40,775 nt of DNA, from the sequence record SRR22947727_5184; one strand, 5' to 3'. The notes beneath the pieces were generated by a model. The model was not told where the DNA came from. It worked only from the letters and a program-made list of their open reading frames with translations, and made no database searches. This document shows positions 1 to 10,272 of the stretch, piece after piece. Numbering within the stretch: position 1 is the first letter of the stretch; each line of letters begins with the position of its first letter. The position numbers and the translations under genes are program-made.

Positions 1-30
1 ACTCAGACAAATAGACTCAGACAAATAGAC
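1..30. repeat. 14-bp tandem repeat ACTCAGACAAATAG, 2 copies plus partial, probably truncated by the window edge
   Basis: Exact copies at 1-14 and 15-28. Confidence 0.85.
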
Positions 31-47
31 GCTACTCAGGTGACGCC

Positions 48-1286
48 ATGACATTTCCGATCGACCTCGTGAGAACGCAGTTCCCCTCGCTATTGACGAC
101 CGACGCAGGGCAGCGGCGTATTTACTTTGATAATGCCGCGGGCACACAGGTGCCGCAGCAGACGATCGATCACATTGTTGATTATTTTCAGCGCTACAAC
201 AGTAATACAGGGGTCTTCAATCCGACCTCAGTTGCGGTGGACGCGATGTATGCCGAGGCGACACAGGCGATGGCAGATTTCCTCGGTACGCCCGATCCCG
301 GCGAGGTTTTAATCGGCGCCAGTATGACAACCCTGACCTACCACTTGTCCCGCAGCTTGGCGCATCAATTTTCACCGGGCGATGAAATTATCATTACTCG
401 CATGGAGCATGAGGGGAATGTTTCACCGTGGTTGCAGATGGCCGAAGACAATGGCCTGATCGTCAAATGGTTGGAGTTTGATCGCGACAGCTGGGTGGTC
501 GAGCCGCCGATGTTAGAGGCACTACTAACAGACCGAACAAAGTTATTAGCGTTGAACTATGCGAGCAATCTGACCGGTGGTGTGAACGACGTTAAAACCT
601 TGACGGCAATGGCGCAATCGGTGGGGGCGCAGGTCTATGTTGATGCCGTACAGTACGCCTCACACCGATTGATCGATGTGAAAGACTTAGGGTGCGATTT
701 TTTAGCGTGCTCCCCTTACAAGTTTTACGGGCCTCACTTGGGCGTTGTGTATGGTCAGCGCGAGCGTCTGGAAGCACTGCATCCCTACAAACTGCGATGT
801 GCGACGGACGAGCTACCCTTGCGCTTTAGCACTGGCACCCCGGCATTTGAATTGGTCGCCGGACTCATGGGGACGTTGTCGTATTTTCAGTGGCTGGCGA
901 CGCAACGGGGAGAGCAGGGCACCCGGCGTGCTCAATTTATCGCCGCGTACCAAGCGATGGGGACGCACGAGGATGCACTATTAGCGCCATTACTATCGGG
1001 TTTACTCGCGATACCCGGTGTCACTCTGAAGGGTTCAAGGTCGATGGAAAAACGAGTCGCCACCGTTTCCTTTGTTCATGACCGTCACACTCCCAGTGCG
1101 ATTGCAGCTCAACTTTCAGCAGCGGGACTCTACTGCCACTGGGGGGACAACTATGCCTTTGAGCTGGCGCGTGCCCTCGAGCTTGATCCCGAACAGGGCG
1201 TGGTGCGATTAGGCTTGGGGCATTACAACACCGCAGAGGAAGTCAGCACGGCGCTCGACCTGATCACTCAGACGCTGGCTCAATAG
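48..1286 (+). CDS. Cysteine desulfurase-like PLP enzyme (aminotransferase class V, TIGR01976-type)
   Basis: IYFDNAAGTQVP N-terminal motif, VDAVQY, PLP lysine in SPYKFYGP, VVRLGLGHYNT C-terminus; GDNYA stands where SufS has GHHC. Confidence 0.9.
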   Translation: MTFPIDLVRTQFPSLLTTDAGQRRIYFDNAAGTQVPQQTIDHIVDYFQRYNSNTGVFNPTSVAVDAMYAEATQAMADFLGTPDPGEVLIGASMTTLTYHLSRSLAHQFSPGDEIIITRMEHEGNVSPWLQMAEDNGLIVKWLEFDRDSWVVEPPMLEALLTDRTKLLALNYASNLTGGVNDVKTLTAMAQSVGAQVYVDAVQYASHRLIDVKDLGCDFLACSPYKFYGPHLGVVYGQRERLEALHPYKLRCATDELPLRFSTGTPAFELVAGLMGTLSYFQWLATQRGEQGTRRAQFIAAYQAMGTHEDALLAPLLSGLLAIPGVTLKGSRSMEKRVATVSFVHDRHTPSAIAAQLSAAGLYCHWGDNYAFELARALELDPEQGVVRLGLGHYNTAEEVSTALDLITQTLAQ

Positions 1287-1429
1287 TGACTCACTCAAAA
1301 GTGTTCTACCTGTTAGTGGCTTAAAGCGCGAGAGTCGGGGGCCCGTTGTCGCGCTAGCGTAACCGTCTCATAGGCAAGTGGGTCTCAGGGGAATCGTGCT
1401 TCAGATGAGAGACGCGTTGACCTCTTGCT

Positions 1430-2281
1430 TCAAACGTCAGACGCACTGACCTCCCGCCATAGGTCCTCTACCCAGCGCCTGATTAAAAGTCCTTCGGACC
1501 ACCGGTCAGAGAGCTCACGTTGATCAGCCCCGGTGATGGCATAGGGCGGTGGCCCCAGCTCGACTAAAAAACGCAGCGTCGCATCTTGTGACTGGCGATC
1601 AGACCACGCCTGAACCCCTTGCTTCCACCAACGTTGGTACTGCATCACCCACGCGTCATGCTGCGGGAAGTCGAGCGCAATTTGGATTTGCTGATTGTTC
1701 GAAATGCGCCCCTGAAAAGAGTCCGAATGCTCGAGAATCCGCGTGAAATGATCGTGATCGATGGTGCTCAGCGGCAATTGTAATTCACGGTCAATGACAA
1801 AGTGGGATAAGTCGGCACAGAGACGGAGCTCGGGCAAATGCTCCAACACCTCGAGGGTGTAATACAGATCGTTTAGTGTGCCGTTACGGTGCGTTTCCAA
1901 CAGCACTGGAAAGGGAAATTTTGCTGCCATGGTCAACCACGCTTTGATCACCGGAATCGCGTCGACTGCGCTCAGTGGCATAACGCCACCGATGACATTG
2001 ACCTGCGTCGCCTGCAATTGCGCAGCCATCTCTAGGAGCGGCTCGAGGGAGTCGGTGTCGTGGGGAAACGCATTGATCATGCAGGCCAACCCTAGCGAGT
2101 CGAAAGTCTGGCCTAGCTTCAAGCAGTCGTTGATCTCTGCCACATTGGGGTCGAGGCACGCGCCGTGATAGTCCGCCGCTGCGATGCGCTCAAGCATGGC
2201 TTCCGGTGTGGCTTCTGCCTCCCCAGGGATTCGTTGCTCCATGGCCCATAGTGACTGGTAGATCTCGAGGGTGTGTGCCAT
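1430..2281 (-). CDS. Xylose isomerase-like TIM barrel protein (sugar phosphate isomerase/epimerase family)
   Basis: LLETHR, ADLSHF and VELGP motifs; starts 1 nt after the desaturase stop. Confidence 0.8.
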   Translation of the reverse strand: MAHTLEIYQSLWAMEQRIPGEAEATPEAMLERIAAADYHGACLDPNVAEINDCLKLGQTFDSLGLACMINAFPHDTDSLEPLLEMAAQLQATQVNVIGGVMPLSAVDAIPVIKAWLTMAAKFPFPVLLETHRNGTLNDLYYTLEVLEHLPELRLCADLSHFVIDRELQLPLSTIDHDHFTRILEHSDSFQGRISNNQQIQIALDFPQHDAWVMQYQRWWKQGVQAWSDRQSQDATLRFLVELGPPPYAITGADQRELSDRWSEGLLIRRWVEDLWREVSASDV

Positions 2282-2282
2282 A

Positions 2283-3305
2283 TCAGAAAGACGTTAAAAA
2301 AGACGCGGCGTTACCACCGGTGACTTGCGCCGATTGGGCTGCCTGTAAAAAGGCCTTGCCACTCACGTCCTTTAGGCCGGGTGCGTCATGAAAGATGCGA
2401 TATCGACGATATCGGTGATACATCACCAGCTGCGGCCAGAGTCGAATCACTGTATCGGGATTGTCACCGAAGCGTTCTCGATGCAACGTGGGTAAGTCGA
2501 ACCACGGTGCCGTTGGTTTGGCATGGTGGGCGTTATGGTAGCCAAAGTTCAAGATGAGCCAGTTCACCCACTCATAACGCCAAGAGAGAATGGGGCTAAA
2601 GGTATGTTCTTGTTCCCAGACAAGATCACCCTTGTTTTCAGAGACCTCATCGGTGAAGAGATTCGTCCGATACGGGTAGTCATGCTCTAGGCCATCGACA
2701 AATCGCAGTACGATGATCATCAGCATGTAGGCAACCAGGTACCCCATGAACGCCAGTGGATTGAGGAGTGCGAGCGTCAACAAGAGCCCACCACGAATAA
2801 GAATGACTGCGATGTTCCTCGGTAATTGATTACGCCGCTCTGGAATAATAAAAGCGGTGAACACCATAATGGCGTGCATTAAAATACAGTGAGCGGGGAT
2901 GTAACCTCGTTCGAGAAAAATCGTCACGCGATAAACCAGAGGGCGCTGCTGAAAAAAGCCTTCATAGTCAAACCACACCACATCGTCGTTCTCAACGTGA
3001 TGCCGGAAGTGTTTGTTACGAATATCCTCAACCGTCCCGTAGCAAGATCCGCAGATCCAACCGAGTAGGCTGGCCAGCTGCATATTGTGTCGATTGATCG
3101 TGAACAACGTGTTGTGGGCACATTCGTGGATGAGATACGCAGCGATAATCATGGCATGCCCTAGGAGGATCACGCTGGGTACAAAGGTTATCGCACTTGC
3201 ATTCAATAAGAGCCACCAGCCTAGCGCATAAACCCCCACCGAATAAGTAATGGCACCGCTATGCCATACCCGTCCCTTTGCCGTTTTAAAGGTCCAGCTT
3301 GTCAT
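2283..3305 (-). CDS. Membrane fatty acid desaturase family di-iron protein
   Basis: Three His boxes HECAH, HFRHH and HNAHH with hydrophobic segments between them. Confidence 0.88.
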   Translation of the reverse strand: MTSWTFKTAKGRVWHSGAITYSVGVYALGWWLLLNASAITFVPSVILLGHAMIIAAYLIHECAHNTLFTINRHNMQLASLLGWICGSCYGTVEDIRNKHFRHHVENDDVVWFDYEGFFQQRPLVYRVTIFLERGYIPAHCILMHAIMVFTAFIIPERRNQLPRNIAVILIRGGLLLTLALLNPLAFMGYLVAYMLMIIVLRFVDGLEHDYPYRTNLFTDEVSENKGDLVWEQEHTFSPILSWRYEWVNWLILNFGYHNAHHAKPTAPWFDLPTLHRERFGDNPDTVIRLWPQLVMYHRYRRYRIFHDAPGLKDVSGKAFLQAAQSAQVTGGNAASFLTSF

Positions 3306-3384
3306 GATGGGTGGCCTCTCATGTTGCTATGGGTGTCGCACCTGCGGTGCACGCCGTGGCGAGAGTATACGAAGGTGCATCGAG

Positions 3385-3412
3385 AAAAAAAACCAGCTAA
3401 GCACCGCCGCTG
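3385..3412 (-). terminator. Possible intrinsic terminator downstream of the NhaC-family gene
   Basis: Weak CAGC..GCTG stem followed by a T8 run on the minus strand. Confidence 0.35.
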
Positions 3413-3430
3413 CGATGCGGACTACATCAG

Positions 3431-5329
3431 TTAGACAGCGGGTCGATAGTCTTCGACGGGCTGTCCGAGCAGACGCAATGCCACGGCGGTCACTGCGGCG
3501 CTGGCGAGCATACCCCCCCACCACGGCAGGCCAAAACTGATAGGCAGGGTGCCAAATAGCAGCGCAGCGGCACCGGCTAACAGCGCATAGGGGAGTTGCG
3601 TCCGCACATGTTCAATGTGATCACACCCCGCCGATAGTGAAGACAACACGGTGGTGTCAGAGATCGGCGAGCAGTGGTCACCCCATACGGCGCCGGCAAG
3701 CACACCCGATATCGAGGCGTGGAGTAAGTAGTGATAGTGGGGGTCCGTCAATCCATGATTACCCATAATGGCCCAAGTTAGGGGCAGCACGAGCGGCAGT
3801 AAAATGCCCATGGCCCCCCAGCTACTCCCGGTTGAAAAAGCGGTGAAAGCGGCGAGCACAAACACCGTGGCGGGCAGCGCCTCTGCGGGCAAACTGTCCC
3901 CAAAACTGGCAATGAGAAAGGCAGCGGTATGGAGCTCCTGGCTGATTTCTGACATAGACCAGGCCAGCACTAAAATAATCATGGCAAGAAACGTAAACCG
4001 CGCCCCCGATACCCAGGCATCTACAATTTCATCCAGCGTGAGTAATCGCTGTGCTGCTGTCATTAACACAGCGGTGAATGCTGAAAGTAGGGAGGCCCAC
4101 ATTAGTGCGCGATACGAGTTGGCTGACCCAACAATATCGGCAATCGAATCACCCTCGCCCGTAATATAGAGTCCGGCCAAGATACCGATGACCATGACGG
4201 CGACAGGGACCAGTGCATTGACGGCTCGCGGCGGCATACCCGGTTTCATTGCTAAAGCGGCCTCGTCATCTTGGCCCACTTTCAATTTTACCGGTGGTGC
4301 GGTGATGCCAGTTGAGCGCGCGCGACGCTCTGCGGTGAGCATGGGGCCGAATTCACGACCCGTGGTGATCACCAATACGACCAATAAAATGGCCATAAAA
4401 GGATAGAAGCTATATAAAACAGAATTGAGAAACAGGCTGTAGGCGCTGGTATTGATGCCTTCTAGGGGCGCAATGGCGTCACCGATTAAGCTGACTTGAT
4501 AACCGATCCAGGTGGTGACCAACGCAACAGTCGCAATGGGTGCGGCGGTGGAGTCGACCAAGTACGCTAGCTTCTCGCGTGAAATGCGCAGTCGATCGGT
4601 GATAGACCGACTGGTATTGCCGACAACTAAGGTGTTGGAGTAATCATCGAAGAAGATGAGTAGGCCCAATGACCAGACGGCTAATTGACCGCGCTTGGCG
4701 CTATTAGCCCCTTTAATAATGAGCTCAACGATGCCGCGCATGCCTCCGTTTCGTGAAATCACGCCCACCATGCCCGCAATCATAAAGGTGAACAGCATGA
4801 TCGTAACGTGATCACGATTGGCCACCGCGTTGACCACATAGACTTCGAAGCTGCTGAACAGCCCATAAAAAAATCCTTCGAAGGTCATGCCCTCGAGTGC
4901 CCACGCCCCGAGCCAAATACCCAGCGTCAAAGCGGGCAGCACACTCCGCAATAGCAGCGCCATGCCAATGGCCACCAGCGGCGGAAGAATAGAAATCCAA
5001 GCGGCGATGACCGGTACTTCTGTGGCGGCCAGCACCTGATCATTGGAGAGGAGTTCAAGAGTAACGTTGCCTCGATCTGATATCACGACGCCAGAAAAAA
5101 CCATCGTCTGACCTGGCTCATCGGGCTCGTATTGCTGTTGATCAATGCGAAGAAAAACCGGTTGGTCGCTTGCTGCATCCAACTCGGCGGTGACGTGGTA
5201 GTGAATACCACCGAGAAAGACCTGTGGGGCCTTAATTTCCGCAGCCGTCAGATGAGTGCTGGTGACGAGGCACAGTAGTGCGCTAATCCACCACAGTCCG
5301 CTACCAATCCGTCCAAGACAGTCTCGCAT
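3431..5329 (-). CDS. Na+/H+ antiporter NhaC family transporter with an N-terminal extracytoplasmic extension
   Basis: FFDDYSN, EKLAYLVDSTAAP, TGSSWG and GDHCSPISDTT motifs; many TM helices. Confidence 0.9.
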   Translation of the reverse strand: MRDCLGRIGSGLWWISALLCLVTSTHLTAAEIKAPQVFLGGIHYHVTAELDAASDQPVFLRIDQQQYEPDEPGQTMVFSGVVISDRGNVTLELLSNDQVLAATEVPVIAAWISILPPLVAIGMALLLRSVLPALTLGIWLGAWALEGMTFEGFFYGLFSSFEVYVVNAVANRDHVTIMLFTFMIAGMVGVISRNGGMRGIVELIIKGANSAKRGQLAVWSLGLLIFFDDYSNTLVVGNTSRSITDRLRISREKLAYLVDSTAAPIATVALVTTWIGYQVSLIGDAIAPLEGINTSAYSLFLNSVLYSFYPFMAILLVVLVITTGREFGPMLTAERRARSTGITAPPVKLKVGQDDEAALAMKPGMPPRAVNALVPVAVMVIGILAGLYITGEGDSIADIVGSANSYRALMWASLLSAFTAVLMTAAQRLLTLDEIVDAWVSGARFTFLAMIILVLAWSMSEISQELHTAAFLIASFGDSLPAEALPATVFVLAAFTAFSTGSSWGAMGILLPLVLPLTWAIMGNHGLTDPHYHYLLHASISGVLAGAVWGDHCSPISDTTVLSSLSAGCDHIEHVRTQLPYALLAGAAALLFGTLPISFGLPWWGGMLASAAVTAVALRLLGQPVEDYRPAV

Positions 5330-5476
5330 TCACATCCCTCTTTTTAGACCGGCCGATTATTACAGTAATCTGGCATGATGTGTTGATTGTTCCCTGAGGT
5401 CCCTTGTGATCGGACAACACTAAGCCACCACACAACTGAACTGGGGGGCAGGCAAGAGGAGTCTTGGTGCGGGAGG

Positions 5477-5533
5477 CATAGTAGAGAACTCATAGCGGAC
5501 AAGTCATAGTGGAGAGGTCATAGTGGAGAGGTC
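5477..5533 (+). repeat. 14-bp tandem repeat (consensus CATAGTGGAGAGGT), 4 copies, overlapping the RBS of the TauE gene
   Basis: Units at 5477, 5491, 5505 and 5519; the last two are identical. Confidence 0.85.
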
Positions 5534-6301
5534 ATGCTAGAGGTGGTTTTGCTGTTTGGTGCGGGTGTGCTTGGCGGCATGATGAATGCGATTGCGGGGG
5601 GAGGCAGCTTTATTACTTTTCCAGCATTGATTGCGGCAGGTGTCCCACCGATTAGTGCCAATGCAACGAATACCTATGCCTCCTGCGCGGGTTATATCAG
5701 CGGTGCGCTGGGCTTCCGCCGCGAGCTGTGGGCGTATCGAAAATTGCTACCAAGAGTGATGTTGTCGAGTCTCTTGGGTGGTGCGCTAGGTGCGTGGTTA
5801 CTCATTCAAACGTCGCCGCTGGCCTTTGCTTTGGCGGTGCCGTGGCTTTTATTATTTGCCACTGTGTTACTGATCTATGGCCCTCGTCTGCAAGCCGCGT
5901 TACGCGACTGGTTTGGCCACTCCACCAAGGCCTCGGCGCTCGGCATGCTGGCGTTCGCCGCCGCGTTAATAATGATCGCGACCTATGGGGGATTCTTTAA
6001 TGCTGGTCTGGGCATCATCTTGCTGGGATTCCTGACGCTGGCGGGCTATACCGACGTCCATGTGATGAACGGCATCAAGTTGTTGGTATCCGCAGTGGTC
6101 GCCCTAATTGCAATAACGATTTTTGCCTCTGAGCACCTCATTGCCTGGGCTCAGGGCAGTGTCGTATTGGTGGGGACGCTTTTGGGGGGCTATGCTGCGG
6201 CGATGACGTCAAAGTGGGTTAATCCGATCTGGATCCGGCGATTGATGATTTTGATTGCCAGTGTAACAACGGCCTATTTTTTCGCCGCCTCAATGGGTTG
6301 A
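5534..6301 (+). CDS. Sulfite exporter TauE/SafE family protein
   Basis: NAIAGGGSFITFPAL, ANATN and YGGFFNAGLG motifs; about 8 TM helices. Confidence 0.9.
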   Translation: MLEVVLLFGAGVLGGMMNAIAGGGSFITFPALIAAGVPPISANATNTYASCAGYISGALGFRRELWAYRKLLPRVMLSSLLGGALGAWLLIQTSPLAFALAVPWLLLFATVLLIYGPRLQAALRDWFGHSTKASALGMLAFAAALIMIATYGGFFNAGLGIILLGFLTLAGYTDVHVMNGIKLLVSAVVALIAITIFASEHLIAWAQGSVVLVGTLLGGYAAAMTSKWVNPIWIRRLMILIASVTTAYFFAASMG

Positions 6302-6307
6302 TATCAC

Positions 6308-7579
6308 CTATGTCGGTCTTGCCTGACGCGTGAACGCCACGGCGGCCAAGGCTCCCACGATAGAAAAGACGAGTAACAGTACAAACAGGTGTTGGAACCC
6401 AAGTAACCCTGGATTTTGGTCAATCAGGTACCCCGCGACCGCGGCCACATACACGTCGGGCGTATAGCCAATCACTGAGACTAACCCCACTGCAGTTCCC
6501 GTGACAGCGAGGGGTATTTGTCCCTCCTCGAGCAGACCAAAATACAGCCCTCGCAGACCAAAAATCGCGACGCCCGTAACCAAGGTGTTTAGGAGGATCA
6601 TCGATAGGCTGCCCAGCGCCTGCCCGGTAAAGGCGAATAGTGAGTGACTGATGATCAGTAGTACAAAACAGACCAGTGCCATGCGTGAAATACCAAAACG
6701 ATCACCGAGCAAGCCCAGTGCAAGTGCCGCAATAGGACGAGTCCAGGTCCCGGCGGTGACAATTTGAGCCGCATCGATCTCGTCAAGCCCATGGCCGCGT
6801 ACGGCAAATAAAGCATATTGATCGAAGGCTTTGTAACTTGAATAGGCACACACCAAGACAGTGGCTTGGAGCCAGACGACTTTGAGCTTAATCACCGCGC
6901 GGAATTGGGTCAGCATGGTTGCCCATCCGCTGTCGTGCTCTGTTTCGGTCTCAATGGCAATGCCGCGCAACGTAAACCACACCATCACACCCACCGCAGC
7001 GGTCGCAAAGGTGTATCCGTAGATCACTTGTCTCAGTATCGCGCCTTTCTCGGCCAGACTCGCGCTGTCGTAACCCAGGGGAAAGGCGCTGGCAAAGGCG
7101 AACACGCCCAGCGAGGCTAAAACGGCGGCGAGCAAACCGCGACCACCATCGAGTAAGCCGTAGGCGAGGCCTTGTTGATGGTTGCCGCCCCAGCTGCGTG
7201 TCACCTTAATCAAGGCCGCCCAGAACAGCAGAATATTCGTCAGACCAAAAAATCCCCAAACTAACATCACGCCAATGACATCAGGAAAGGTGGCCAAATA
7301 AAGCCCCCCTAATGCGGTCGCTCCCAACGAGCCCGCTAGGAGTTTCCGGGGTTCAAAACGATCCGCTAATGGCCCACCAAAAAAGTAGGCGACCATGGCG
7401 ATCACACCGTAAGCACTCTGTGCAACACCGAGTTCGGTCGCGGTGAGATCGAATACCTCAAGAAAAGTGGGGCGAAAAAATCGTGTGACGTGATAGGGGA
7501 GGGTAAAAATGGCCTCCCCCGCACAAATGAGCGAGAAAATAACCAGGCCTCGCTGCCATTTATTGCCTGTCATCACCAA
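6308..7579 (-). CDS. MFS transporter (YihN/YqcE-like)
   Basis: GGPLADRFEPRK motif A, QQGLAYGLLDGGRG, 12-TM pattern. Confidence 0.85.
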   Translation of the reverse strand: MVMTGNKWQRGLVIFSLICAGEAIFTLPYHVTRFFRPTFLEVFDLTATELGVAQSAYGVIAMVAYFFGGPLADRFEPRKLLAGSLGATALGGLYLATFPDVIGVMLVWGFFGLTNILLFWAALIKVTRSWGGNHQQGLAYGLLDGGRGLLAAVLASLGVFAFASAFPLGYDSASLAEKGAILRQVIYGYTFATAAVGVMVWFTLRGIAIETETEHDSGWATMLTQFRAVIKLKVVWLQATVLVCAYSSYKAFDQYALFAVRGHGLDEIDAAQIVTAGTWTRPIAALALGLLGDRFGISRMALVCFVLLIISHSLFAFTGQALGSLSMILLNTLVTGVAIFGLRGLYFGLLEEGQIPLAVTGTAVGLVSVIGYTPDVYVAAVAGYLIDQNPGLLGFQHLFVLLLVFSIVGALAAVAFTRQARPT

Positions 7580-7610
7580 CTGGGCCTGTGATTTTGGGGG
7601 CTGCGTGCTG

Positions 7611-8849
7611 TCAGGCGACCCAACCCAGTAGTGCTTTGATAATCACCACATTGGCGATATCGATAAAGAAGGCACCGACCAAAGGCACGATGATAAACGC
7701 CTGGTGACAGGCGCCATAGCGCTTCGTCACCGCAGACATATTAGCCATCGCGGTAGGTGTTGCGCCCATCGAGAAACCGCCGAAGCCGGCTGAGATCACC
7801 GCCGCCTCATAATTTTTCCCCATCAGTGGGAACACGACAAAGATGATGAAGGCAATGGCGAGCAGCACCTGAGCACCTAGGATTAACATGAGGGGCCCCG
7901 CTAATCCCGCGAGTTCCCATAGCTGCATGCTCATAAGCGACATGGCAAGGAAGGCGCCCAGTGATACATCAGCGATTAACGCGATGGCGGGTGTGCGAGA
8001 CGGCCATGCGGTGCCCGTAATACGCGGTAGCGACTTGGGTCGTAAATTGCTCATCAAGATGCCTCCGAACAAGCAGCTGACGAATAGCGGTAACTGTACG
8101 CCGACGGTCTCGAGTCCCTCATCCATGAGTACGCCAATGATGATGCAAATATGGAGTGACAACACCGCATCGAGAAAATCCATATAGTGAATGTCGACTG
8201 GCGCGCTGTCTTCCTTTATTCCGACATCGAGGGTTTCGGCTGTATCGGTGGTTTCGGGTTTTAAGTTATGCCGTTGGATAAGAAATTTAGCGACTGGGCC
8301 ACCCATCAGGCTCGCCAAAACCAGACCAAAGGTAGCGCAGGCGATACCGATCTCTGCCGCGCCCGAAATGCCATACTTGTCCGAAAAAATGGGAGCCCAT
8401 GCAATTGAGGTGCCATGTCCGCCAATGAGCGACACCGTGCCGCCCAGAATGCCCACTGCGGGCTCAAGACCAATGGTAGACGCGACACCCACGCCAGTCA
8501 GATTTTGGAGCAGCATGAACAGCATGGTCGCAAGCAGCAGTATCAATAAAGGCTTACCACCCGAAAGCAGGTCGCGAAAGCTTGCATTGATACCGATTGT
8601 GGTGAAAAAGTAGACCAAGAGTATGTCTCTGGCCCCAAGCGTAAACTCGACACTGATTCCGCCAAAGACGTGTAGCGCGTAGAAGAGTGCGCACATTAGT
8701 AGCCCGCCTGTGACCGGTTCGGGGATACTGAATTCGCGGAACGCAGGCACAACTTGATTCAGCCGTTTACCGATAAACAGCACCACAATGCCCAGCGTGA
8801 CGGTAAGAAAGTGGTCGATCTTAAGTATGCCGTCTAACAATTCCATCAT
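7611..8849 (-). CDS. gltS: Sodium/glutamate symporter
   Basis: IPEPVTGG, YFFTTIG, GGHGT, GATPTAMANM and IVPLVGAFFID are GltS family signatures. Confidence 0.9.
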   Translation of the reverse strand: MMELLDGILKIDHFLTVTLGIVVLFIGKRLNQVVPAFREFSIPEPVTGGLLMCALFYALHVFGGISVEFTLGARDILLVYFFTTIGINASFRDLLSGGKPLLILLLATMLFMLLQNLTGVGVASTIGLEPAVGILGGTVSLIGGHGTSIAWAPIFSDKYGISGAAEIGIACATFGLVLASLMGGPVAKFLIQRHNLKPETTDTAETLDVGIKEDSAPVDIHYMDFLDAVLSLHICIIIGVLMDEGLETVGVQLPLFVSCLFGGILMSNLRPKSLPRITGTAWPSRTPAIALIADVSLGAFLAMSLMSMQLWELAGLAGPLMLILGAQVLLAIAFIIFVVFPLMGKNYEAAVISAGFGGFSMGATPTAMANMSAVTKRYGACHQAFIIVPLVGAFFIDIANVVIIKALLGWVA

Positions 8850-9087
8850 CTTACCTCTCTGGTTGCTTGGGTCGGACGGCTCAAACCATCATCGAATCTG
8901 CCCGCTCCGTCAAGTCTCAGTTGTTGATCTGTCACGAAAAGATGAAGCGACAGGATGCTGTTTAGTGAATAATGGGAGGTGTATAAGGTGGTTAACGAAA
9001 GTGGCTAACTCGCCACGATGAGCGCTTGGCAGGGCTCTCGTTGGCGGGTACTCGTTGGTGGGTAAATGTACTGAGGGATGTGACGCA

Positions 9088-10272
9088 ATGAGATTACTTC
9101 TTTTACGCTTGGCCGCTGCGGCCTTATCGATGTCGGTATTGTCTGGTGCGATGGCGGACGATTCCGTTGCGTTAAAAGAGACATCGCAATCCGCAAACGC
9201 GATTGTGCCGGCTTCTGAATTGAGCTGGCGTCGTCTGCCGCCGCCGGACCATACCTTGGCGAATTTTCGTCCGGGCGAAACGCCGGACTACTGTTTCGAT
9301 CGTGCCACCCAACCTTATACCGCCGTCGTAGACACCCACTTTCACCCTAAGCCATTTGGCGGTCCGGCCATGGATGCACAAGGGCTATGGGAAACCTTTG
9401 ATCGTCTGGGCGTCAGGTTTGTGAATTACTTTGGTATTGGGCAGGTGTTAGCGCTAGAAGCAAACTGTTCGTACTACCTCGACTGCCCCGGCGTCACTGC
9501 CGTCCCCAGTATTAAAAATGATTTTATGAATGGACTTGAGGTTGCAGCACATGATCCCGACAAGATTCACATTACGCTGTCGATGACGTTTATTGATCTC
9601 GCGCATGCTGAAAATGCCGTAGAGATGATTGCGCTGTATGACCGAGAGTTTCCCGGCATGTTTTCTTGGACCGGAGAACTCAACATTATGAAACAGGCGC
9701 TGCTGGGCAATAATGCTGAGCCCGCCACGATCGAGAGTATTGACGAGTGGGGCCCGTTCATGGAGGTGCTCCGAGAGCGAGGTATTCCCATCACGTTACA
9801 TTCCGATCTGGGCAATAACGCAGATCCCACTGAGTTCTTGTATTTGATGGATCATGTTTTATCACGCTACCCAGACAATAAAATTGTCTGGGCGCATATG
9901 GGCCTGTCAAAAGAACTCACGACGATGAGCCCAGCGCAGCACGTTAGGTTAATGGGCGAACGGCTGGACCAATACCCCAATTTACACCTCGATATTTCTT
10001 GGGATGTGATTTACAACTCGTATCATCGCTGGGGCGAGATTTTTGTGCCGTTTTTTAACCAATATTCAACCCGTATTTTGCCCGGTTCAGACTTTGTTGC
10101 CGCCGACTCAAAAATATGGGAGCAGTATGCGAGCGAGCTTGAAGTCACGAGTCGTGCGTTGCGTGTACTCAATGATGAGGCATTCCGTAATATTGCGCTG
10201 GGGCAAAACTACTTCGAATTAATGGACTTGCCCTATGAAGCGCCACCGTTGTGTGGTGTAGCAGAAAAATAA
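9088..10272 (+). CDS. Secreted amidohydrolase-superfamily metallohydrolase
   Basis: Signal peptide MRLLLLRLAAAALSMSVLSGAMA from ATG 9088 after GAGGGA; metal-ligand motifs DTHFH, LHSD, WAHMG and GSD. Confidence 0.8.
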   Translation: MRLLLLRLAAAALSMSVLSGAMADDSVALKETSQSANAIVPASELSWRRLPPPDHTLANFRPGETPDYCFDRATQPYTAVVDTHFHPKPFGGPAMDAQGLWETFDRLGVRFVNYFGIGQVLALEANCSYYLDCPGVTAVPSIKNDFMNGLEVAAHDPDKIHITLSMTFIDLAHAENAVEMIALYDREFPGMFSWTGELNIMKQALLGNNAEPATIESIDEWGPFMEVLRERGIPITLHSDLGNNADPTEFLYLMDHVLSRYPDNKIVWAHMGLSKELTTMSPAQHVRLMGERLDQYPNLHLDISWDVIYNSYHRWGEIFVPFFNQYSTRILPGSDFVAADSKIWEQYASELEVTSRALRVLNDEAFRNIALGQNYFELMDLPYEAPPLCGVAEK

